Origin: Rhizophagus irregularis
Taxonomy: Eukaryota
Assembly (NCBI RefSeq): GCF_026210795.1
Contig: NC_089434.1
Span: 992,001-1,056,000 of the forward strand
Direction: 5' to 3'
Length of the DNA: 64,000 nucleotides
Shown: positions 26,528 through 40,950 of the stretch, piece by piece
Position numbering within the stretch: the stretch's first letter is position 1
Layout: every line of letters begins with the position of its first letter
Notes under the pieces: generated by a model
Told to the model about the DNA's origin: nothing
Database searches by the model: none
What the model saw: only the letters and a program-made list of their open reading frames with translations
Position numbers and translations under genes: made by a program

Positions 26528-29251
26528 TCTATCTCATGTGATTTCCTTCTTCACATGTGATACCCTTTATTTTATTCCTTTGTTGAGTTCTTTCCTTAAT
26601 AACTTATCAACTCAACAAAATCCATCACCGTTGGTTCCACAATTTTTGTGTCCAAGTTCAATTCTTGGAGGTGATTTTCTTATTAATTAGATTATCTTCT
26701 TTTTTTCTTCTTTTATAGGGAGTTCCAGACGAAATTACAAACTAGATTTTAGGTAGAAAATATTTTATTGTTTTTTTTAGTGATGTTTTAACACTACTTA
26801 TTTTCCTTATTACCCTCAATGGTGCTACCCGACCCTTATGTCTTTTATTGGTAAAAAATCATTACTAACATAATGAGATAATTGTGTAATGCAGGAACCG
26901 TGATATTTAGATCATGTGGACGCTCCAATAGCGCTAATATATTTCCAGTTAATCTTTTCCTTGTACTGTATACGAAAATATTTTTGTTTTTAAAATCAGA
27001 ATTTTTTTTTTTATTAATTTTATTTAAAATTTTTTTAGTTCTTTCGGTTTTTCCAGCTTTTTTACACTTGATTTTTTAATTTTTATTGAATTTCTTATTC
27101 TTCAAGTCTTTTTAAAATAAGATTTTTTTATATTGATTTTTTCTCTTTTTTCGGTTTTGCAAAATATTTTTTTTTTTAAATTTTTTATAAAAACTTATTT
27201 ATTCTTCCAGTTTTAAAATCACATTCTTATAATATTTTCTTTCCTTTTTTTCTTTCTGATTTTTTGAAAACCCGGCCAGAATTTTGATTTTTTTTTTCAT
27301 TCTTTTTAGGTTTGGACCAGTGATCAATGCTGCGATGCTGCGGTGAGCACGATTTATTATTATTATTATTTTTTATTTTTTTGAAACCAAAAAAAAAAAA
27401 AATTTTTTTTTATTTTTGGACTTTTTATTCAGTACCAAAAAAATTTTTAATTATTTTTTTAGTTCAATATTAAAAAATAAAAGCTTTTTAATCATTTGTT
27501 TATTTATTGCTTCAGTTCAAATTGAAAATTTTCTTTTTAACTTTTTTTTTTATTCCAGTTTTTAGTTCATTACTGAAAAATAAAATTTTTTAATCATATT
27601 TTTTTTTAATTAGTCTTTTTATCATACATTTTGTTGAATTTTTGTTAATAATTAATTAACACCGAAATGACTTGAATACACGAAAAAACTAGAGATATTT
27701 TTTAAAAAATATAAACAATAATAATAATTATAAATTCTCTATATCTCAGATTTGCAATTGTTCCACCAATATATTCAACACGAGTTTTAATACATATTAT
27801 CAAAATGTTTCCTAAAAATATTCTCAATGCCCCTAATAATTATTAAATAACATCCAGAACGTCAGATTAGACATTTTATTATTTACTGTATTTTCGAAGA
27901 ATATTTTACAATAGATGATTTATCATTATTATAAAGTAACTGATTGGTTTAATAAATAATTAATATATTTTTATTTAATCATGTAATCACGGGGGTTAAT
28001 CCGCAAATCTTGTGACTTTCATTCAGTTATTATATATGTTGATCCTATTTGTAAAATGAATTTTACTAATTTGGTAATTACTATTTCACTATGACTAATA
28101 AAAAAATGATTAGACTAAATTAAAAGTTAATAATTTTGAAACAAGTTATTACTAAAATGATGATCCGACCGATCCGTTAAAAAAAAAAAAAATCTTTATT
28201 ACCCGAAATAATTAAACAAAAATAATTCTTAATTTGAAAAATACGATAAATTTCTTAAAATGTACATTTATTAACCTAAAAAAATGTGTTACTTGTTAAT
28301 TATTTCATATTACTTGCGTAATAAAAATGTATTAAATGTATTAAACCATGACCAAGAAAATGCAAATTATCAGATATGATATTTATTATAAACAAATAAA
28401 GGAAAAATATTTAGCCATTGAAATAAAATAATTTTATTTTATTATGTTCTAGATTTTTTTTAATACGCTTTTTTTATCGCCCCCGAATAAACCGTATGGT
28501 CGTTCGCAATATATCAATTGTATCGTTAAATGGCCACAATGTATTACAATGTATAGCGATAACTCTAGATTTTCCCTATAAAAAATTTTATCCGTTATTC
28601 CTGTAAAAACTCCGTAAAAATAAGCAAATGATTCGATAAATTCCGGGATATAATGTTATTAATTCCGTGAATATGAATTTGGGTCCATTAAATATACGTT
28701 CCCAAGTGTTCTCAATTTTCAATAATATTTAATCAATAATTTATCGATCATGAAATTCTAATAATAAAGACTAGAAGAAATATTAAAAGACTAATTAGAA
28801 CTTGGATTAACGTTAATTTATCGTAAGAATTGACTATATTCGGAATATTTATTAAACTTTAATTATTTAATATATAATATTTCCAGAAATTGAGCGAATT
28901 ATACTTAGCGATATATATATAATTACTTGTTCTTGTTTAAATAACTTTTCAATTTCCGCGCTATTTATTTTTGAAAATTGATAACGATATATTATGATAT
29001 ATTATTTGGGCATGTTAGCAACTTTTATTTCCGTTTTGTTTTTGAATTTAAGTGTTGTAATTCACTTAACGTTATTTTTATTTAAATAAATTATTTAATT
29101 GTTAATGTTATTATAATGAATGAGATTGATTCTATTTTACATTATTGTTATATACATTAGCAATTACTATTTTAAAATGAAGTTAATTAAAAATATCTAT
29201 GAAAAATTCTATTTTTTGATTGTCTGTATTCTTGTATTTATAAAAAATATA

Positions 29252-30058
29252 TTACTCTGGAGGCTTATCAGAATCAGAAACATCATCAGCAGCTATTTTA
29301 TCACTTTGTTTCTTCATCCATCCAGCGCAAACAAGAGTTAATAGTCCCATTATAATTAAATAAATATAATGTATTACGTTTACCAAAAGAAATGCTTGAT
29401 CAATTGATGATAATTTGTAAATAATAATAACACGAATTGGAACCTCAGAAAGAAGCCCAAATCCCCACATAGCTGTCATAATTATAATACCACGTCGAAA
29501 ATATTGGTAAGAAGCCCAATATCTGTCCCAACGTGCATCAATAGGTTCATCTTCCGTTAAACCTGGAAGGTTAACTTTTGAATTTGAATAACCAAAGGAT
29601 CCACCTGTCGCCATATCTTTAAGAAAATAAAATGCTAATGGTTTCATTTTAAAGGTACCAATTTTTATTGGAATTAAACTAATGATTAATACTGCACTAA
29701 TGATACACGTAATCGCAGATCTTCGTAATAACTGAATTCGTGGATCGTCTTTTATTAATGACGCTATAGCACTGAGAATAAAACTGAGTACTACTATTAC
29801 TCCTATAATGTCCGCACGCCTTCTACTTATAAGTCCGTATATAGCGATAATAAATGGTGGAATACCTGATATGAGCAATGCCCATATGTCTCGCAAATAA
29901 TTTTTAAGAGTATAATAAAGAGCAAATGGGAGAGCGATTTCAAAGAATATCATTAATCCGACCCTTAAAATAATTTTTAATTTATCTTGTTTAGTTATTT
30001 TATTTTGTGAGGTATTTTGTATTGTGGAAGAAGTGGTTTGTCCATTCTCGTTCGACAT
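29252..30058 (-). CDS. Intronless multi-pass membrane protein, resembling bacterial VC0807-like family
   Basis: 268-aa ORF; clear paralog of 6093-6854 (DKLKIILRVGLMIF, SLIPIKIGTFK, WDRYW.SYQYFRRG, DSDKPPE). Confidence 0.85.
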   Translation of the reverse strand: MSNENGQTTSSTIQNTSQNKITKQDKLKIILRVGLMIFFEIALPFALYYTLKNYLRDIWALLISGIPPFIIAIYGLISRRRADIIGVIVVLSFILSAIASLIKDDPRIQLLRRSAITCIISAVLIISLIPIKIGTFKMKPLAFYFLKDMATGGSFGYSNSKVNLPGLTEDEPIDARWDRYWASYQYFRRGIIIMTAMWGFGLLSEVPIRVIIIYKLSSIDQAFLLVNVIHYIYLIIMGLLTLVCAGWMKKQSDKIAADDVSDSDKPPE

Positions 30059-32731
30059 GATTTAGGCTTTTTTTTTTATAGTGTAGTAAGAAATTATAAC
30101 AAAATTTTTTATTTTTTAAACGAAACTATTATTTTTTTTTTTAGAAAAGAAAAAGATATATTTATAGAAATTTTTTTATCGTGTGACACATTTAATATGA
30201 AACAGCTCAATTATAAAACGAAAAGCCAAAGAAAGATCCTTACCAAAAACATAAAATCTTTGTTTAATGTCATTAATAATGTACTACACAAAATGTAGCA
30301 CCCAACATCTTGGAATCAATCATGATTTGCAGATCCTAATTTTGGCTTTTGGTCGTACAAGCACAAAATTTTTTTTGTTTATGAAAGAAAGTTCCATTGT
30401 TCAAACATTCTGATATGGTTAAATCATGTACAATAAATCTTTGTACTAATGTACTTTAGCGAGAAAGGCGTTTTTTTTTATGTCTAATTATTATTGTGAG
30501 CACCAAAAAGATCAAAATAATAAGAGTTGGTTTATTTAATAAATAAATCGGATGTTAATCATTTTTCTAATTCTTTTTTTTTTTATGCTAATATTCGTTT
30601 CTATTTTATTAAAAGTAATAAAGTGAGCAGTACAAGACTATCGATACAAAAAATTAAAGGTAAAAAAAAACTGGTTCACCTACACTACCGTAAAAATTAG
30701 AAACTATCAATACAGACGATCCTAACCTTGTCAAGATATTGATCATTATTAAATCAAACTTTAATTTACCCATTATGATTTTTCTTTATTTAATAATAAA
30801 AAATTGCTAAATCTGTAATTGCTAAATTTAGAGAATAGTAATATTAAATAAAAAATATATGTAAAATTAAACTAAATCGACGATTATTTAATTCTCAAAT
30901 ATTCCCTAAAAAAGAAAATTATTGTTTAAATTTATTTTTAATTTATAAGATTATCAATATCTCAATATCTTGTGATGTAAAATAATTAATTATGTATGAT
31001 AATAATAGTTATGTCAAAAAATTTTAATGAAATCCTATTGGTCTCTACTTAAAAAGGTGTGGCAAAAAATAATTTAATTTGGAAAAGATTTACGAAATAC
31101 CAAGAACATACCAAGAAAATACCAAGAAAGCCAAGCGATTTATAATTTATTTTGAAACATGAAAAGGGTTAAGGTCTCATGATATAAGTTATTGATTAAT
31201 ATGATTGTTTTAATGATTCCTTATTAGAATAAATAATGATTTTTGCTTAGCCATTTTCGAATAATATACTGTAAATATGTGGCTGAGGTTATAAATAACT
31301 TGTTTGATTTTTTTTAAAATATCTTCATTTTTTTTTTTATGTTACAACTTACAATAAAGAAAAAATTTTTTGATATTATATTTTTTTATATTCATAAATT
31401 ATTGCGCTTGAAGCAATTATGATTGGTAAGGATTTGGCAAATTAATATACCTTACATGTATAATTCTTACTCTGTCCAACGAAATGCATAGTATATTTAA
31501 CTATTAAAAAAAACAAAAAAATTTACAAAAAAAATGTCGAACATGTTTCTTTAATTTTCGAGAGTAAACTAATTACGCGATAACTGGAACCGAATTCTAG
31601 CGTCACCAGTGATATTTAATCCGTAAATATCGTCAACCACATGATCCTGGCATATTTACGATGACGCTGGCGTAATCATGTGCAACATTTACCTCATTTG
31701 TTTCATACTTTCATACGCAAAAGGGGTTATTATTTTTAGTTTCAAATCATTATTTATGTTATAGATTAATGTAGATTTGGTAACTTAATAGATCATTATT
31801 TGATATTGATATTTATGACACACAAACAATTTGAATTTCAACTTCTTTCTTTTCTCTTACAAATTAAAGCGATAAGAAAAATAATTGTGAACGAGAAAAA
31901 TTAGTAATAATGCAGGAACAAAAAGAATATGTGAGAACTGTAAGCAAGAATGTTTGGCTACGTAATCAAAGTTTACGTTATGAAACCCTAAAAATTTACT
32001 GTAACAAATTATTAAAGGATTTTTATACAGTGTTATTCAGTCTAAATTCTATAAGTTTTGAAGTACATTTAACATAAAATTTTGATATAAAAATTTTTTG
32101 CTGTTGCTGTAGGACCAGAAATAAATGAGTGGAGTTTGCGTACAAACCAGCCAAAAAATTATGAAAATCCTTCCTCTTATATATAATGCTTGGTGGAAAA
32201 TCTATTACCTTTTTTGGATACTGACCAAAATTATCATAATTCCGGCCCTTAAAAAGTACATAAATTTTTTGGCTGCTTCTGGCAATTTTGGCAATTTGAT
32301 ATCCGTAGTTTCCTGTTATTGCTTATTCATGATATTATTATTAATTTATTTGACTCATGACTCACATGACTCACAAGAAAGTTTGCAATTGAAACAATAT
32401 TACATAATATTAATATATTTATTATATATTATTACTCATGCAAAATATCAACATGAGTCATTGCAAATACTATTAAAAATAAAATAATATAAAAAGACCA
32501 TTTTTTTTCTAAAACTAGATTTCTTCAAAACTAGAAAATATTTCTTAAACTTAGAAAAATATTTCTTAAAACTAGAAAAATATTTTTTATTTTAAATTTA
32601 ATAAATTTAATAACTAATATTTTTTTAAATTTTAAATTGGAAAATTATTTTGAATCTAGTAACCTTTCAACCAATAACCAATAACCAATAACCAATAACT
32701 TTAGCCAATAACTCTTTAACATCCACCATCA

Positions 32732-33478
32732 ATGGATAACAAGAAGCGAATTCGTACTACTCCTGAACAACTAGCATTATTAGAAGATACATTTAAAACT
32801 AATCCCTCTCCAAATAGTAAAATTCGTGAAGCCATAGCTGAAAAGCTAAACATGTCTGAGCGTTCAATTCAAGTTTGGTTTCAAAATCGCCGAGCTAAAA
32901 TGAAGACAATGCAAAAACGTACTTATTTAATAATTAGTAATAATGATAAAATATCTGTATCTCAACATCAACCTCAATCTCAACAGTTTACATTGCCTGA
33001 AGAATTCATTACTTTGTCTTTTAATATCAATAACAATACATCATTAGTTTCACTTATTTCATGTGAGTATCTTACAATAGGAACTTGGCATTGCATTCTA
33101 ACAATGTCATCTCTGTGTTATTATACCTTACCTCAGAATATATTAACTTATCATATTACAAACGAGAATATTGAATTTAAGATGGAGTTTTCACTTTCTG
33201 ATGTCTTTTCGGTTGAATATCAGCCTATTGATAATATTTATTCACAAATTATAATTGAAGTTAAAGAATCACCTTCCTTTTATATGAAGTCAAATTATAG
33301 TGAATGGAATACATGCAAAGATTTTACTGAAGATAAACAAGCATCTCGGCATATGATACATATATTGAAAGGTTGTTCTATTTTAATAAAACCACAACTT
33401 ATTAAACTTATGCAAGATGATCCAAACCTTGCTAAAGTTGTAACAATATTTGAAACTCCAGCTCTAGCTGATCATTAA
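32732..33478 (+). CDS. Homeobox transcription factor (N-terminal homeodomain plus conserved-looking C-terminal domain)
   Basis: KKRIRTTPEQLALLEDTF...SIQVWFQNRRAKMK; C-terminal LTIGTW and CKDFTEDKQASR recall fungal Pah1/Phx1-type proteins. Confidence 0.88.
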   Translation: MDNKKRIRTTPEQLALLEDTFKTNPSPNSKIREAIAEKLNMSERSIQVWFQNRRAKMKTMQKRTYLIISNNDKISVSQHQPQSQQFTLPEEFITLSFNINNNTSLVSLISCEYLTIGTWHCILTMSSLCYYTLPQNILTYHITNENIEFKMEFSLSDVFSVEYQPIDNIYSQIIIEVKESPSFYMKSNYSEWNTCKDFTEDKQASRHMIHILKGCSILIKPQLIKLMQDDPNLAKVVTIFETPALADH

Positions 33479-34734
33479 ATCAGATATCTCTATCTCGTAG
33501 TATATTCTAAATTTAATTTTTTTTTTTTATCATAATATAAATATCTATGTAAAAAAATGTATTTTGAATTATTTTAATTAAGTAGCAAAATAGTTTACAA
33601 TTTTCTTAGTTTGTAATATAAATAATAATTATTATTTTTTTCATATTATACTTATATTATCAATAAATTAGCAAATATCACCCAACGACTTAACTGATTG
33701 TTTTAACTTGTTAGATCACTAGACCTGAGTAATGTATTTTTACTATAAAACATAAAACGTGATGAATCTAATGTAGCTGTAAAAAATTTGACGGCAAATC
33801 CGGCCCTTTCTATATAATAAAGAATATTTTTCAATTGAATAAATTTGTGAAATCATGTTATAAGTTATAAGTGAGTCATTTAAATTTATTTTTACTCCAA
33901 TGTATAATGTTGATTAGATACTTTGATTTTTAAACTTAAGTTATGTAACTACCTACCTACGACAGAAATAAGCTAAGTAATAAACTCGCTCCATCATTTT
34001 ACTCTTCTTTTTCATCTATCTTTGTATACACCCTATTGATTTTCTCTATTAAAGAAATCTTCTTTAAGAGATCAAGAGCAATGAAAAGTTTATCCAGTGC
34101 ATTTTTAAAGACTTCCATGTCATTAGGAAACGATCTATTTAGTTTTTTTCGTGCCTCTCTGTTTGCGTTTGAGATCTGTCACCGTGAAATTCGCAGTTGC
34201 TTTGTGTTTCATCAACATTAAAAGTTCATACTCTTCAAGTTTCAAATGAACGTTACTTAGAGCAATTTCTAGTTGTGAAACATGATTTTTCTCTAATCTA
34301 GAGTAACTTGTCATTTCATATTCTACTTTTTTATAAATAGCTGGCTGTGCTTTGTTCCACACGTTCGAATTAACTTGACCTATAAAAAAGTTATCCAGTC
34401 TCTATTCACTTAGGGCATTTCTTTTTTCTTTTTTGTGTTAGTAAACTTATTTGCAAATTATTACTAACGGTTCTTTACTATTCCATTATATTGACGAAGT
34501 GTGTGGTTTTTTTTAACTATTAGAGAGCAAAAGGAAAAAAATATTTGAAAAAGAAAAAAGAAGAGAAAACTGCTATATACCTTTCCGAAATATGATAAAC
34601 TCGTATAAACTTTTGGTGGCTTGTTGTGACGTAATACAGAAAGCAATATAAAGAATATCAAACATCGTGTGTATCCAAATACGTGAGTAAAGAAATTTTT
34701 ATTCTTTACATATTGAAAACTGAAGACACTGTCG

Positions 34735-35305
34735 GTGCTTGGTCTTTCTGAATGTACCGCAGAAACTCTTCGGGGTGCTTACAAAGTTCAATTGCCGCAG
34801 TTCAAGTAATAATATCAATTTTTTATTTTTTAATATATCGGACATTATTATTTAACTATTAAGTTATTAAACATTTTTTTTAAAATAAAATATACTCTTG
34901 ATATTGGAACAAATGAAGTTCTGGAAGCTTGTCGTGAATTAGGCGTCACTATAGTAGACTCAAACGTGACTTTCTAACAATAATAAAAAAAATTGTTTTT
35001 ATATATATAAAAGTCCACATCTTCAAGGTGAAAATTTCAATAAAAATTTGTAAGTTATACGCAAGTAAGAAAGACGTAAAATAGTTATAATATCATTATA
35101 ATTTATATTAATGTTGATGCTAAAATTCACTGGCCATGCACGCGGCGACTGTGGCGTGACAGACGTACATCCCATGGTTTTGTGTGTACTTCACTACGCT
35201 TTGGACAATAAGTATGATATTCTTAATACTATTTTTTATATCTTATAGGGTGATTACTTTGTTACTATTCCTGATACAAGAAGAAATGAATATTTATAAG
35301 AAATT
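34735..35305 (+). pseudogene. Aldo-keto reductase pseudogene fragments
   Basis: GLSECTAETLRGAYKV, IAAVQV, DIGTNEVLEACRELGVTIV, PHLQGENFNKNL, IPDTRR in order, with stops and frameshifts. Confidence 0.8.
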
Positions 35306-35727
35306 TTCAACCAGAAAAATTCACCTTCGGGTAAAATTAATTATTGGTTGTATTGTATGAAATAATATTGTCACGTGATTGGTAATCCTACCAATTTTGT
35401 AGAACAAATGAACAATGTAGATCAATGTCAGAAAAAAAAAACTCTTTCCCACAAAATTCGGAAAAAAATTTCGTACGTTTATTTTTTTAAATTTTACAAA
35501 AATGTTTATCTCCGTTTAGTTTCGTTAAAGTTTTTCTACCTCACAACACTTCTACGCACACTTTATTATTACCTTATTATTTACTTTTCTCGAGTCACTT
35601 GTCCATTTTCCTTGCCCTGTCGTTCTGCATGTTAAAAGTTGGAACAAATTTTTTCTTTACCCGGTCTTTTTATAAAGTACCACTCTTCATCTGACATAAA
35701 TTCACAAAGTCTTCTCAAGCTCGGCCT

Positions 35728-36736
35728 ATGGACTCCCCACCCGACTCTACTACCCCTCCGCCTGTTTCACAGGCTATTTTATGTCTTTACAAACCTCTAA
35801 AAAAATTCTTTGACATTTCCATGAGAATTTCCAAACTTTCGCCTTACCTGTCATGTGATACTCGTGGCAGTGGAACTTTGTACAATACTAAGAAAGGACG
35901 ATATTACCTTATTCGGCTGTCTGAAAAAGCTGATCTTCCTCTTACAGAAATTGACAAATACATTATTTACACCAATGATATTGAATTATCAAAAAATCAC
36001 CGTCACACATTTCGATCTACATCTAACAAACCAAATTTAAATTACATTTTAGGAATTTATCTCACATTCGTCTTTTCTCTAAATAGACAATTTCACAAGA
36101 ATGATGTGAACAAATATTTTAACCGTTTACGCCATTTATTAAAGAAAAACTCCTTGCACTACGACACTGATTAGAATCAACCAATAATAACGAAAGAAAA
36201 ACTAAAACATTTATCCGGTTCAGCTGCGGCCCCCACGTGATCTACTTGGGTTTTTACTTCCTTGCAGCACATTACATTTCGAACCTGGTGAGATTACGGG
36301 TTCACTATGTATCCACCCTCCCGCCTTCGTACAATCAAAAATCGTTGGTGTTGCGGAGCTCATCTCGAACAGATCCGACAGGTCTCACACACTACTACTC
36401 GTCATCCAGTAGAGCCTAGATTTTATGCTGAACAGTTTAGACTTACGGTAAACTGACATAACAAGGATAAAAGACACCACAAAGAAATTCACTCTAATCG
36501 CCTTGGCATTAGCTACGTCGTTCAATTTAAATGATTTCGCTCAGATGAATTAGATTTACCCAGCGTTAACAATAAAACGGTTCGACCATATTACAAACAA
36601 TACCGCACGTTACATTTTGATGCGGTTCGTTCACCTCAACAGCAAGCACGATGGAATAGACTTACTACGTCTACACTTAATTCGTGATCCGCATATAAAG
36701 TAGAGAATATCGATATTCCGATGTGGGGTGCTGATC
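35728..36736 (+). pseudogene. Decayed ORF of the retroposed element, 5' part; continues at 40958-41178 and 49904-~50300
   Basis: ORF pieces including HSNRLGISY; the frame rejoins across the Plavaka-type insertion as MYYDQQRVRL-YICQRIKNW. Confidence 0.6.
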
Positions 36737-36749
36737 ATATATATATATA

Positions 36750-39700
36750 GTAAATTAGCCATAATTCAGCTATTTTGGACTGAGCTAGCACCACCATCTT
36801 GTATGACCTAAACGTCATATTTTATATGCTAATAATAGAATACAATATGAATAAATTTCTTGCATTTTCGTACTGAATTTGTAAACAAAAAAAAACTTTT
36901 ACTAGCCGGGTCGTCAGATTCCTGGCTATAAATATAGTAAGTAAATTCGCAATTTCAATAATTTTTATAAAATTTATGGCAAAAAAACTTAAAAAAATGT
37001 TGTTTTAACGTCAAAAATTTTCAAAAATTTACAAAATTTTATTCATTTATCAAATTCTTTATTTACTAAGATCTGTCAACTAGCGCTAAAGCTTGTTGGG
37101 CTTTCAATTTACGATGAGTTTGTGCATATCGAGAAATCCAATTACTAATTGTAGAAATTTTTGGAATTTCCTCTTCTTCTAAAACTCCTTCTTCTACTAA
37201 ACCTTTCAGTTCATTATGCATCTCTTGAGCTGTATACTTTTCACTTTTATTTATATCTCCGGCCAAGAAATATGCCTCAAGGTATGGAATAACATTTTTG
37301 CTTATTTGTTTACCTCCTCCTTTTTTACCAAATTTCTGATTTTCTTTTAAGGCCCATCCACTTGATAATGCAAAATTCGATGTGTGATTCAAAACTTGCC
37401 TTGAACCCAAATCAGTATCAATAATTTCAGTATTCAAAACGTCTATTATTCGTTCAGAAAAAAAGAAAATTAGTTTTGAGATAATATAATCACAATTTTA
37501 TGGTAAGAATGATTTACCTATATTTTGTGGTGATATTTCATCGTTCAATTTATTTTGTAAAATTTCTGCTAATATAACTCTATTATTGCTTACATCTGTG
37601 TCAACGCCATATTCCTTCAATTGTTTTTTCAATTCTTCAATAGTAAGACGATTTGTATTGATTTCTAATATAAAAAAAAATCAATGTAAAACAATTGCAA
37701 AAAAAGAAAAAAAAATCAATTTATTACATACTTGATCTATGAGGTAATGGAATATTCCAATTGGAAGTTGGAATTGAGTGATCTGAAACTTGTGAATTAG
37801 GTTTTTCAAGAGGTCTTTTTTCAAATTGTGCTATTTTAGCCGGCTCAAAATTTTTCCAAGTTCCAATATTAGGCATTGCACGAGCCTGAATAAATCCTGC
37901 ATATTCACCTTCTGTCGGCCAGGACCACTCATACCAATTGGAATTTCCTGGTATTGAATTTTTCTTTTTTCGTCCTGATTCTATAAATCATAGTAATTGC
38001 TTTCAGTAATAAGTATTACATAACTTCAAAATTGTATTCTCACATATACCCTTTTTCCGTTCTGGTTCCAAATGTGCTACTGAAGTACCACAAATCCCTT
38101 GAATAGCATTCTCTATGTCTACACCTTCATTGATATCAAACCCCAATCGAACATAACGATTTATCGCATGTGAAATCTGTAACCAATGATTCAATAAATA
38201 ATAATGGTGATTTCCTAAATTATTTGAACAATCAATACACACTTGGGCATGGTGAGAATCAATTGATGTTTTAGCCTCTCCAGCTTCTAAAAAAACCCAT
38301 TTTTTTACTGAAATATTGTACCATTCATTCCAATGCCCTAGAATTAACATTAGGTCCGCATTGTGATAATGTGGACCATTATCAGAAAGAAAAGTAACCC
38401 AATCTGGTTTGACTTCAAGCGATTCAATAACTGCATGTAGTGAAGAAGCTGTGAACCATGCATCTTGGCATGTATCGGCCGACCAGTGATCAAATACTTG
38501 AATATCCAATTGATGACTTTCAGATTTTCGTGTATAGACAAGAATTGAATGCAAAGCCCATCCTTTTTTCCCAAAAAAAAGCACTTTTTGTTTCTCTTGC
38601 GCTCTTGGGTAAGATTTTCATCTTATAATCAACTATTATTATAGCTCCTTTTTCATCTAAATCTAATAGATTCGCGTTAAATTGAGAATTTAGAAATACT
38701 TTTCGCGTCTGATGACTCAAATAATAGAAAATTTGATCTCGTAATTCATAAATTTCCTCGTGAATATTATTTGGAGTGTTTTTTTCAATATCAATGAAGA
38801 ATTGAAAAAGTGCATCACAATCTGAACATGTGTGAGTATGTTGTTCATTACATATACCAAAAGCAAAAGGAAGGCAATGGTTTATACATTGGTTATGTGC
38901 TGTTGTACCATCAGAATTTACAGTCAAATGTGACTCATATTCCCTTTTCAGATATCGTTTTAACTTCTCTCCTTGATCTAATAATTGATTCTAAATGAAA
39001 TTATTAGAAATTAATATTATATAATTATTTTTTATCAATTATAGGAATAAAAATATTACCTGGATATGAAGATTACTAATGTGATTTTGAATGAGTTTGG
39101 TAAGTTCATCAAATGTTTCATAGCCATATGTGTTGCATATTGAACACAAACCACCAAGATTCTCACGATAAATATATCTATTGCCCTGCAAATGCTTATA
39201 AAAAGTTGTTCGTTTTACTCCACTTGGATATTTTTCATGAAACTTTTCCCACAGATCTTGTTTCGTATTTTTGAGGTAATGAACTGGTTCTTGCGTAATG
39301 GTGTCTGTTTTGTATGAACTCATTATTACATTAGCCTTATCAGAAAAGAATTGTTCTAAATTTTCTTTTTTTTCCCGTCCTAATTTGTCTTTGACAATAA
39401 TAGGTTTTTGTGCTTGAGGTGCACCTGGTCCATTAATACGCGCATATTGGTGGGCTCTTGATACTGTATTTGCAGCTACCTGTAAGTTTATATTTTTATT
39501 AGTTCAATTATTTTGATAACATGCATTGTAGTAGTATACACTAACAGTACACTTACCCCTAATTTTGATCTGAGTTCTTGATAGGTAAATTTTGTAGCAA
39601 TAATTGAAAGAATTCGTCTTTGACCATTTGGACCTCTATTTGTATTTTCCAATGCGTTACGAAATGCTTGCCAAAATGTAAGAGATTGATTTTCTTGATA

Positions 39701-40950
39701 ATATGGATTTTGTTGGAGGAATCCTGATTCATAAAGTATTTGTAATGTTGTACTATCTTTTTGAACGTTATCTGATTTCGTCCAAAATTCAAACTAAATT
39801 AAAAAAATTATTTGTCAATAATAAATAAAAAAGTCAACTCATTTTTTTGCATAATTACTAACTTTAGATTCTCCATTTTTGAAGGGGTGATATTAGTACA
39901 TCCTGCATTTCGAACAAATGCTCTCCAAGCACGCCATTCTCGTTCATTAATTTCATAACCAGATGGATATAAATCTAAAATAGCTTTCCGTAATTCTAAA
40001 ATATCACTTTTCTGATTCAACCATTTATTAAATAAATGCCATTTGACCTCACGTGAAATTCTTCTTTTCAAATGATATTTATAAAGATTTTCTAACACTC
40101 CCTCTAAAGTCCAGTCCAATACCGTGCAAGAAGGAATTTGTGCTTGTTGAATACAAATTTGCGTATACGGATTTTCTAACCCAAAAATTTTTTTTCCAGA
40201 ATAATTTGAAAGTCTGCCAATACATAACCAAACTTCATTAGGATCAATAGCATTATACGTCTTTATCAAAGTATCATTAGTATATATTTGAACTACACAC
40301 TCTTCATCTTCTATTTCTTGAATAAAAGCTGATTTTATACCATTGTAATGAGATTGAAAGACGGATTTATATCCTTCTCCTGCATAATTCCATTCTGGTT
40401 TTTTTGATTTTCCCATTCCCAGCACAATTACGTTCAATTTTTCAAGACTAATCATATATGGACGAAATATAATATCATCAAGTAATTGTTGTATAATATT
40501 TGAATTGTCAAAACCCATAACTTGTGGACCAGGGAACTTTGCATTTGAATGAAAAACTTTTTCATAGCAGGTGTCTGTTGGTGAACTGCACACACCTGAC
40601 CTATATTCTTCAGAAAAACACAAAAATCCAGGAGAATTTGGATGTTGAGTATCTTTTACAACGGTAATTATGAAGTCACATTTTTTTAAAACTGTATGAG
40701 TTTTCATTCCTAAACGAATCGGAAGGAGAGGAGTATGCGTAGGATTCTTATTTATTGGTCGCGCAAACCACCAGTTATGACAAAATGGACCAAAATGTAA
40801 ATTTTCTACAATTTTGCCTGGGGAAATAAGTGTTGTAATGTATTCTTTACTTTTACTCATATGTTTTGACTTTAAAAAAGAAGTTGGGTATGTAAAAAAC
40901 GCAAGATTCTAAAAGACGCGAAATCGCATATGCGTATTATCCCCGGATTT
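36750..40950 (-). mobile_element. DNA transposon-like insertion bounded by (TA)n, encoding a Sola3-like DDE protein
   Basis: Interrupts the host frame (WGADH | VDHYF) with TA runs at both junctions; no convincing TIR found. Confidence 0.65.
37066..40860 (-). CDS. Multi-exon putative transposase (Sola3-like), frameshifted at an A-run near 38573-38580
   Basis: VDYKMKILP..RE....FFGKKGWALH, FLSDNGPHYH, FLEAGEAKTSIDSHHAQ; Cys/His cluster HNQCINHC..C...H...C..C; C-terminal GWALKENQKFG..ISNWISR. Confidence 0.7.

Noticed and set aside
32732..33478. Mating-type HD locus
   Set aside because: No partner HD gene nearby; protein looks like a general fungal homeobox factor
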